Program-made: the position numbers and the translations under genes
NCBI GenBank assembly: GCA_029717555.1
Contig: JAMDHS010000004.1
Coordinates: 62,001-126,000 of the forward strand
Direction of reading: 5' to 3'
Length of the DNA: 64,000 nt
From: Peribolospora baueri
Taxonomy: Eukaryota
In this document: piece by piece, positions 50,731-61,028 of the stretch
Layout of the letters: the number at the start of each line of letters is the position of its first letter
How positions within the stretch are numbered: position 1 is the stretch's first letter
Notes under the pieces: model-generated
Seen by the model: only the letters and a program-made list of their open reading frames with translations
Told to the model about the DNA's origin: nothing
Database searches by the model: none

Positions 50731-53134
50731 ATGCTATCTAACCGCCCCGACGCAGGATCGGTCTCCGAGGAGGAGAAAAAGCTGGCCCACGCCTACCCCT
50801 CGGGCGACGCCGTGCCGGTGACCGTCAGCGATGCCGATGCCGACACCGAGCTGGGCGCGGACAGCGCCGAGGCGATCAAAATCGGAGGCACCCTCTCGCG
50901 CCGCCTGCCCGCGCCTCTGGAGAAGACGGTGCGCTTGCTGAACCGGCTCGGCGTCGAGAGCAGAGGCATCGAACGCGTCACCGACGAGGACAGAGACCCG
51001 AAGATGCGCAAGCGACTCTGGCAGACTGGCGAGGTTTGGCTGGCGGCCAACTGCGTCGTGCCCACGTTCGGCATCGGCATCCTCGGTCCCAGCCTCTTCT
51101 ACATGGGCCTCGGAGATTCGATCGCGACGATCATCTTCTTCAACCTCTTCTCCGCTATCATCCCCGCCGCCGCCGCCACTTTTGGCCCCAAGCTCGGCTT
51201 GCGACAGATGACCTCGGCGAGGTACTCGTGGGGATGGTGGGGCGCCAAGATTGTCGCCTTGCTCAACTGCATCGCCTGCGTCGGCTGGTCGTCCGTCAAC
51301 ACCATCGCCGGCGCTCAGACGCTCAGGGTCGTCGCCGATGAGAGGATCAGTCACGCCGTCGGAGTCGTCGTCCTCGCAGGCGCCACCCTCATCGTCGGCT
51401 TTTTGGGTTATCGATACGTCCATGTGCGTCCCTCCTCCTCGCTTTTCTGATTGTCCTTTTTCCTCCGTCGTTGACCCTCCCCTGTTTCCTTTCCAACCCA
51501 CCCCCATCTCGCAGATCTACGAACGCTACTCCTGGATCCCCACCTTTATCGCCTTCATCATCATGCTCGGCATCGGCGCCAAGCACTTTGACGCCACTCC
51601 CATGCCCACCGGACGCGTCGAGGCTGCCAACGTGCTCTCCTTCGGGGCCACCATCTTTGGCTTCTGCGTCGGTTGGGTCAGCTTGGCGAGCGACTATAAC
51701 ACCGTGAGTCGCGCCCGCGCCCGTCGTCGTGGTGTTTTCCTCCCAATTCTGACCGCCAACCGGTCCCCCGCCCCCCCCACCCCCCCCCGTCTCGTCTTCT
51801 CCAGTATTTCCCCTCCGACATTCCCAGCTGGAAGATCTTTTCCTGGACGTGGGTTGGCATCGTCATCCCCCTCATCCTCATCCAGATGGTGAGTCGCGCC
51901 TGCTCTTTAACGGCTTCCACGCCCGTCCAGTAGCTCATCGTCGACGCTTGCCCCTTGTCGCCGCTGCCGCCGCCGCCGCCGCTTCTCAGCTCGGTGCAGC
52001 CGTCATGTGCGGCGCCAACAGCTACCAGCCTTGGGGCGACGCCTACAGCGCCGAGGAACTCGGCGGCCTCATGGGAGCCGTCCTCGCTCCTCTCGGCGGC
52101 TTTGGAAAGTTTTTGCTCGTCGTGTTCACCCTGAGGTGAGTCTTTTTCGCCGCCGTTCCCACTTCGCTGCTCTCCGGTCGAGTTCGGCGGCTCGATGGAC
52201 GACCAAACCGATGCGAGCTGTTTCTTTCTTCGCTTGTCCCCTCGCTCGCCTTCCGCACAGCATCGTCGCCAACAACATCGTCAACGTTTACTCCTTCCCT
52301 TTGAGTCTCATGGTCATTTCCCAATACCTCATCTATATCCCCCAATTCCGTGCGTGTACCCTCCCTCTCCTCTTCGCCCGTCTCCTAAGGTTCGCTCTCT
52401 TTCTGGCAGGCAAACCGGAGCTGACGTCTCCATCCGACTCTCTCTTTGACCGCGCCTTCCTCGTCGACGGCACACAGTATACGCCATCCTCATCACCGGC
52501 ATCTACATCCCCATCGCCATCGTCGGCGCCACGCACTTCTCCAACTCGCTCGAAAACTTTATGAACGTCGTAAGTACACCCTCCCGGCCGGCCGGCCGGC
52601 CGTCTTCGCATCCCGCCCCCGTTCGCACGCTTCTAAGCCAGTTTTGTTTACTTTTCTTTTATAACCGTTGTCCCCTCTCTTCCAGCTCGGATACTGGCTC
52701 GCGATTTTCTCCACCGTAGTCTTCGAAGAGCACATCATCTTCCGCAGGAGCAACTGGTCCAACTACGACGCCGCGCAATGGAACTCTCCCAAGGGCGTGC
52801 CCGTCGGCCTCGCCGCCGCGGCGTCCTTCTGTTTCGGCGTCGTCGGAGCCGTCGTCGGTATGGCCCAGTCGTGGTGGGTCGGGCCGTTGGCGTACTATAT
52901 CAGCGCGCCGTACGGAGGTGACATTGGATTCATTCTCGCCGCAGTGAGTTCCCCCCTCCTCCATTTTTTCTTTCTCCTTCGTTCGCCGTCGTTCGGGGCC
53001 GGCCGATCAAGGCGCGATGCGACGACCTTTTGGGCGCTAATCCCTTGTCACCCTTCCTTCTCGCATCGCAGTGTTTCACCGGCGTCACCTTCCCCATCTT
53101 CCGGTATCTAGAGGTAAAGTACTTGGGCCGGTAG
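50731..53134 (+). CDS. Purine-cytosine permease (NCS1 family, Fcy2-like), 8 exons
   Basis: Contains GVESRGIERV, WLAAN, FGPKLGLRQM...RYSWG, CVGWS.VN, YERYSWIP, ASDY, NNIVNVYS, LENF..VLGYW, P.GLAA and GGDIGF. Confidence 0.93.
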
Positions 53135-53473
53135 GAAACGCCCCTTGTCGAGCGGATCAAATACGGATGGATTTCGAAACTCTTTCTAGATCGATACATT
53201 CGTCTTGGGCCCTCGTTTTTCTCTCCCTCCTTCCTTTTCATTTCATTCACCATGTTTCTCTCACACGCACGGATACTATATTTATATATCGTTGTCAACG
53301 CTCCGTTCGTCTCTTGTCTGGCGTGCTTGTCTCGTTGCGTCTGTCTCCATGAGGCACCTCCACCCGGTCTGGAAAACCTCCACTTGCCCGCTCGCTAGGA
53401 CGAAGGGAGGAACCGAGCTCTCGTTCTCGTTCTCTCAAGGCGCACCGCACCGCACCCGCACCGCGTCTTACTC

Positions 53474-56400
53474 TCATGACCCGAGCCCGCCTTTTGACGT
53501 CTTGACGACGGCCATTATAGGCACCTCGATGCCCCCGGACACGCCGATCAGCGATCCCTCGGTCCACCTGCGGTAACGAACGAATTAAACCGGCAGCCGG
53601 CCGACAACGACGACGACGTGTGTGTGAGCAGAACAATCCAACTGAGCCGTCACGCACACGCACGCACGCAGGCACGCACCCCATTTTCGAGAGCAGCTGG
53701 TGGCCGATGTTGTCGGCGCCAATCTTGCTGGCTCCAAAGCCGACTTGCTGTCCGTCCTTGTTCCTAGGCGTGCTCACCGCCGGGCCCTTCTTCCCGGCCC
53801 GCTTCCAACCCTCTCCGCCATCCCTGTCTCTGGGCGCCTTGAAACTCTTGTCGCCGGAAGAACGGAGGATCCACTCGACCTTGCGCCTGTCGACCACAAT
53901 ACCGCTCTTGCTCGTCTTGATCAACGTCGTGAAACGATCGCGTCCCTTGCCACGCGACTTGCTCTTGATGCTGTAAGCTTCCGCCAGCCGGTGCACCTCC
54001 ATCCGGCTCTTCTTGTCCATCGGCGCCAGGCTCATAGTCGTCTTTGCTACGTCGAACAAAAAGTTCTGGATCTGATCATCCAGAGCGGCCAGATTCTTGA
54101 TTTTACGGCCCGAGGCGACGTCAGAGGCCGAGTCCGACGAGTCGTCCATGCCTCCATATGCTTTCCTCCTAGACGTCGTCTTGCCCTTTCCTTTGCCCTT
54201 CTTCTTAAGCGACGCCGGATAGACGGACGCCTCAGCCGAACGTCGTTCGGTAGCACGAGCGCGTTTGCGATCCGCTTTCGTCGCCCGGTCTTTTTCCCAT
54301 TGCGCCTGAAGTTCCACAGCCCAAACGTCATCAGTGTCCCACGCCTTGCCCTTTCCTTTCTTTCCCTTCTTGCCGCCTGACGACAGCGCACACGAAGCAG
54401 AAGCGGGTACGTGGGGGTTTAGTACGCGCGACCGCTTGACTTGATCGCAACAAGCAGATCAGATTAACTCACGCTTTGCAGCGGCGAACAGAAGGTCGTC
54501 GTCGTCGATGGCCATCTCGTCCTCGTCACCCCAGCCGCCGAAATCGCCGCCAAAGTCGCCGTTCGCGATCGATTTGAACAACTTCTTGCGCGCCTTGCGC
54601 TCGGCCGGGGTCATATTGTCCTCGTCCATGTCGATGAGACGCTGCCGGCCGAGGACGCATATTCGAGCGTCAGTCGGCCATCCTACTAGATCGTCGAAAA
54701 GGGATGCACTCACCTCTACTTCACTGTCATTCCAAGCAAAGTCGCCGTTGAACATTCCGCCGTCGTCGCTTTCCTCTCCCTCCTCCTCGTCCTCCAGATC
54801 TCTGAACATCAACGCACGACCGTCCTCGTTCGCCTTTCCTTTCCCTCGGCCTTTGTCCCGTCGCTTGACCTTTTCGCGTGGAGGCGTGGGCGCCCCTAGA
54901 CCACGATGGGCCAGCTCGTCCTCGGCCTCTTCACTGTCGAGAGAAGACTCCGACGAATCAAACTCGGTCGAACTGTCCGACTCCTCGGCCTCGCTCTCTC
55001 CGATCAGAGCAGCTTCGGCTTTGTTCGTCACATCCACCAGCTCATCGTCCTCATCAACGCTGCCCTCGCCGCTCCCGAGCTGATCGCCGGCTTGTAATTC
55101 CTCGCCCGAGTCTTCTTCCGTGCACCACCCGCTATCGCTGTCAGTCTCATTGGCCGGCTCACGGGCAAACCTCTGGTCCTCCCGCCTCAGCTCGTCATCG
55201 TCTTTCAAATCGTCGATCGTCTTCCAGGTGCCGCCGCTCGTACCGACGCCTTCCATATTAGACGCGAACCGGAGGAGTGCGTCTGGAAGATCTCCGCCGC
55301 CGTCTTCCAGGTTTCTTGCGACAGCCGAAGCCTTGGGCGGCATGGTAGATGATGACGGCTCGTCCGAGTCGTCCCGAGACGACTGCATGACGTTAGCCAT
55401 GTAATCGGCGAGGACGGCCATGTCTTCTCCGTTCTGGCCAGTACCGCCCCCGCCTCGCCAGCCCTTGGCACCGGTGCGCCGCCTTCCGCCACGCCTACGG
55501 CCGGAAGAAGCCTCTGTGGCGAGAATTTGCTGAAGAATACTGCCTTGCGTCGTCTGAGAGCGCGTGTGCCTCCCAGGCTGGCCGAGTCGAAGGCTCATCA
55601 CGGCATCGAGAGCGTTGTCGCCCGACTCGAGTCCGTCCGGAAATCCCTCGATGACGTTCTCCGTCTCTTCGTAGGTGTGGCCTTGCTCGCCGGGAGACGG
55701 CGGTCCTTCCGAGCCCCAATCGAGATCGCTGTCGTCCTGCCGAGGCTCTCCTGGGCCTTCACGACCCTGCCTGCGAGCGGCGTTCCTCGCCCGTCTGCGT
55801 TCCTTCTTCGCAGCCTTCTTGGTCTTCCTTCCCGCTCCTCTTGTAGAAATGGAAATGTATTCCTCCGAGTTGGCTGCTTCACCTGCCTCCCTCGCGATCG
55901 CTTCTGCGAGCATTTCTTTCACCGTCGGTGCAAGCGATGGTGCGGGAGGAGGGGCGGGCATGGAACGCGTGCTCATTGACCCCGATGTGACAGAGAGGAC
56001 GTCGGCTACTCGCGGCAAGAGGATCACCTCGTCCTCCTCATCTTCAACGCCTACGCCTTCTCCAACCTCCGTCAGGCTTTGGGCGCCGAGAACTGCTTCT
56101 ATTTCTCGCTCTGGAAGAAGAGCGTCTTGAGCAAACCCATCACGATCGCCCACGGTGTCGATGACGAATTGGAGCTGTTCCTCCGCAGGCGGCGGCTGCG
56201 CCGCCACGATCTGAGAAGCGAGGCCGTCTATGGTCGAATCGTTTGCAATCTCTACGATTTCTTCCTGAGAGGCCTCCACTTGGGTTGAGAAACCGTCGCC
56301 GTTCCCTGCAAAGGTGGCGTCCACGTTGCTTGCCTCAATAACGGCATCATCCTCTGAACGACTCAGAGAGGTCATCGGCGTATCCGGAATGACTTTTGTT

Positions 56401-57284
56401 GAACTTGGCGGCACAGCTGCAACTGTCGGATACGTCGGCTCGATCGGCTCCTCCATTTGCACCACAAGAGTCGTCTTCTCTTCGAGCTCGGTCTCTTCTC
56501 TCTCACCGACCGGCCTCGGCATTCCGGCACCTGTGCCCTTGACGAAGGCGACCGGGTTGAGGAAGGAGGAGCTCGGCCGCCCAGAAGCTGGCCGGTTCCT
56601 TCCATGGCCGAGACCACCGACGTAAGCAGCCTCGCCTTGCTCCTCTGGCTGTCGTCGGAAACCGAGGCCTCCATGAGTGCCACGACCGCGTGACGACCCC
56701 TGGTAGACTGGGTACGAGGAGGGAGAGTCGTGTGGACGACCTCTGCTTCCTCGATAGGTGGACGTGCGCCGGTACGCGAGGGAGCTCGGACGGACAGGTG
56801 GTTCGGCAGCCGTCGCACCGGCGGGCGTGTTGACACCAGAGCCCAAGGGAGAAGCCACTTAGGCGAGGAAGAAAAAGAGAAGCGCAAAACGGCGATTATT
56901 TCCTTTAGTCCTGCGTGTGTATACAGCGAGAAGCCCTCCGTGCGGCTCACCTCGGACGCCGTTGTTCAAATCGGCATAGTCAAAGCTGACAGCGTTCATG
57001 CCCGTAGCACCGCCGCCTCTCCTTCCACCTCGAAAACCGCCTCGTCCTGAACCGCCTCGTCCTGAACCGCCTCGTCCTGGACCACCTCTTGTGGGCGCTG
57101 CCTGACCAGGCGCAGAGTCTTCTAGGTCTGCCCGGGGAGGGGGTCCTCCGCCGCGGCCAGCGCCTCGTCCGCCTCGTCCGCCACCACGATGGCCGCCGCC
57201 TCGTCCGCCGCGCCCTCCTGAGCCGGGGGCCTGATTGGCGAGGTTTGTTCTAGAACTGCCGCGGTGGCCCTTGTTCCTGCTCAT
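53474..57284 (-). CDS. SQS1: G-patch/R3H protein Sqs1 (Pfa1)-like, Prp43 cofactor, 5 exons
   Basis: RGG-rich N-terminus, acidic middle and LQAQWEKDRATKA. R3H motif PMDKKSRMEVHRLAEAYSIKSKSRGKG..RF and C-terminal G-patch NIGHQLLSKMG|WTEG..IG..GGI..PI.AVVK..K.GLG. Confidence 0.85.
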
Positions 57285-57565
57285 GGCGGTCGACCAGCGG
57301 CGCCACTAAGCGACAATGCTGCAGCTCTAAGGAAAGAAAGAAGCGCGAAGGAGAGATGTGGCGATAAGGTAGGGAACGTGGTCGGCTTGCAGAGAAGAGT
57401 GATCGGCGGGAGCATGGATGACTAGCCGTCCCTTAGCGCGCGTCGTTAGAACTGCTGAAAAGGACATTACAACGCGATTGTAACCGGCCTGCGCGTAGCC
57501 GGTGCGTCGTCTGCGTGTCGTCGTCGACGCCGTCGTCGTCTCCGCCCCGTCTGCTATCTGTCCGC

Positions 57566-59977
57566 ATGGACCTCGACTCTGCGCTCGGCACCCTCTTTGC
57601 GTCCCAGATCTCTGACTCGCTCCAACGCACCATCAATGCTACCCTCAACTCAGCCGTCTCCAGCGCCCTCGCCGGCGCCAAGGCCGAGCTCGTCCAAGGC
57701 ATCCGCGAGGAGGTCATCAAGAGTCTGGAGGGCATGATCAATGACGTCGTGGAGAGGAGGGTGAAAGACGAGGTGGACAAGGCCGTCCGCCGGACTCGGG
57801 GGCCTGAAGAGGACGCTCAAAGGCCCGAAATGAAACAACAGAACGACGGTCCTCTCCGATGTCGCGGAGAAATCCGCCAGGAGAGCGCAGCGATGCAATC
57901 TAGTCTTGACGTCTCGACCTCTGCCACCCCTTCTCGTTCACTGTTCCAAGTGGGTTCAGCAACCTCCGTGGCTAACGTCGCTCGGCTGTCTATTCCATCC
58001 TCTTTTGACGGTTCCGGTGCCGACGTGCACACGCCGACTCCTGCTCCGTTCCCAGGCGCGTCCGACCCCACGCCTTCGTCTTCCTCCCTCCAACACGGTG
58101 CCAAACGCTACCGTCACCCACCCCCCGGCAAGAGCTCTACGCCGCTCGTCCCGATGGCGACGACGAATACGCCGACCGTCGCGGATCGTTCAGAGATCAG
58201 CCCGGGATCATTGGACGCAACTATTGCGCTTTCCGACGTACCAGGCGAAGACTTTGGGCCTGGCTACATGGTCAGGAAACGGCGAAAATTGGGTGTTAAA
58301 AACGAAAACAGGAAAGACGTTTTCAAAAATCGGGCCTGGCAGGTTTGTTGCTTTGCTGAGCTCGGCAGTCCGAACGAGGCAGCCCGTCTCTAACTTTTTG
58401 CTTCTCTTTTACCGTCGGCTTGGTCGCCCTTTCGGGGAGCAGACATGCATCCGCCAGCACATGCGCGAGCTTCTGAACTGCACCAAGGAGGACGGAGCGC
58501 CCCCTTCGTACTCGGTAGCGGAGTGGGTGTACGAGGAAGCGGACGCCGTCCTCTCCGCCGCTTCGTCTACGAGCGGCGCCGGCGACTCTCCTCCTGCCTC
58601 CTTTCCGTCGCTACTCGGAGGCACCAGCAGCTCTGGTGAACCCCACCGATCGGTGTTCACGACTTTGGACGGTACACCGCTCGGCTTGGGACCGAACGGC
58701 AAGAGGCTCAGGAGGGTGTATCACATCGATTGGGACGGTGGCGTCGACGGCAACTCTGCGTTTATGAACGAGGTGGAGGAGTTTGGCATGCGGGTGGCGC
58801 TGGTGAGCGTATCACTTTCTGTCCTCGCCTTTGGACGTTAGCTGACGCCGTCCATCCTTTTCCTCGCCATTTCTTTCGGCTCGGCCCAGGAGGACCCCGG
58901 CCGATTTCATCTCCATCCAGCAGAGGTCACTCGGGCCAATTGCAGACGACTGGCACGGACGAGTTTCAACGGGCTGAAAGACGCTTGGAAGATCAAATCG
59001 GTTCCCGAGAAGGCGCGCAAGCGAGTTCTCAATCAGACGAAGAACGCGCGCAAGGCTAGAAAGGACAGGGTGGGTCGGTCGAGTCGAGTCGTTGCGATGA
59101 GAAGCAATTCGGAGGTGGACCTGACCTCCCGTCCTGGACGGCTGGCTCGTCCTTGTGCCGATTTCAGAAACACGAGCTCCGCGTTCAGACGGCGCTCTCG
59201 CTCGATCTCGACATCCCGAACGAGCTGCTTCACGAGGCGATGTGCAGCTCGGAGGCGAGCGCGGCCGAGGATGACGAAGACGGGGAGGAGTGGAGGAGAC
59301 AGAAGGAGGAGAGGAACGCGGCTTGGGAGACGCGAACGCCGAGGTATCGAAACAAAGAGGTAGATCGGCCCTCCCATTTCGAGACAGGCCGCATCGGGGC
59401 GACGTATCGGATCGGTCATTCTTACCTGCTCTTTTTTCCATTTTTATTTTTTTTCTTCTTTGCGCAGATTACACTTCTCTACGATCGCCTCGACGCTTTG
59501 CAGCAATCCACCTCGAAGCGACCGCGGCACGTCCGGTTCCGACGGGCGCCCCTTCGAGATCTCTCGCCGCCTCCGGTGCTGAAAACGTCCAAGACGCCTT
59601 TGTGCTTCTGGGATCCGGATTGGCTGGCGCAGAGGCGCGCTCAAGCGGACGCGTCCGCTTCGGTCGCTGCCGCCAATGCTGCGCTGGCCGCCGGCAGTCT
59701 GCCGGATTTGCACTCGCTCGGCGTGTTCAGTGGTCCTTCGCCGGGCGCGGGAGCGGGAGCGGGAATAGCCGGGCCCGCGTACTCTGCCATGGACGGCGTA
59801 CAGATGGAACTGCATGCAGACGGCGGCGGGGGTGCGGCGATAGGTGGGCACAAGCCGGTGCAGATGCCCAATGTGGCCGAGGAAGGGGAGCCGTCTGCGT
59901 GGAGGGAGGCGTTCGAGAGGGTCGGCAGGAAGGTCGAAGAGGTCGGGCTGGATGTTGGGGCCGATGGTAGGGCGTGA
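57566..59977 (+). CDS. Uncharacterised protein, possibly C14orf93/DUF4616-like or transposon-derived, 5 exons
   Basis: Frame-consistent splicing gives an N-terminal helical region, a basic patch RKRRK and a basic helix KNARKARKDR|KHELR. These are followed by AMCSSE..acidic..WETRTPRYRNKE|ITLLYDRLD. Confidence 0.6.
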
Positions 59978-61028
59978 GGCGACTTGGTTGCACCCGTGAC
60001 GATAGGGAGAGATGGTTGTTGTATGTGAGAATCGGTACACTATCGTGCAGAGAAACAGCGGTGTCGTAGGGAGAGCAGTCGAGTGATAGCCAGCCGCTTG
60101 GTGGTCGACGAGGCGGGGGGGATGTCGAAGCGACGACGGTGGGCTGGGCGGAATCTCTTGGCCATGGGGGCGTCGATCTGCGAGGACAGTCTCGATCTTA
60201 GGAGCCGGCCAACCCGCCGGCGGTCGTGCGAGCGCAGAATCCAAGCTGGCTGGCTGGCTTGGCTGTGGCTGTAGTTAGTTATATGTGCGGATCGTGTGAT
60301 CTGCGAAGAGGATCCGATCCGAACCACCACAAACCACCACCGACGCCGACCGACGCTCCTCTTTCCTTCCGTCCGTCCTTCTTTCTTGCACATCAGTCGA
60401 CTCGTCTCAGCGACACCGACGGACTGGCTCACAGACTGGCACGCACTCAGCCGGCCTTCCCCCAATCCTTCCTCCTCGCCCTCACCACCACCACCACCGC
60501 CCACGCTCCGTTGCCCGCTCCCTCTTGCCCTTCGTCCCTCCTCCGTCTCCTTTCGTCTCTCCTCTACCTCGCCGTCCGTGCTTAATTCGATTCCTTCTCG
60601 TCCCACGTCCGCGTCGTGCTCGTCTTCCCCGCCCCCCGGATTTCGGCGCCATCCGACTCGACCGGCGGTGTGTCTCAAGAAACTCTACCACCTCACTTCA
60701 CCTCTTCTCTTCTTCTCTTCTTGTCTCTTCTCATCTCTCTTTTCGTCAACTCCCTTTCTTCTCTACTCCATCTCCTTCCACATCTTCGCTCGCCCACACC
60801 ACTCCTTACAATCCCCTCTCCACCACTCCCACCACCTCAGCCTGCCCTCCCGCTCCACCAAATCGGCTACTCATCCCGCCTTCCTTTCCGCCCTCCCTCC
60901 TCCACCACCCTCCGTTCACGCATACCCCCCCACCAGCCCCCTTCCTTCTTTCACCGATCGCATCTTTCTGGACGCTTCGGTGCTGAGCCCAGTCAACCCT
61001 CCAATCATCTCTCCTCCCGCTCGCCGCC

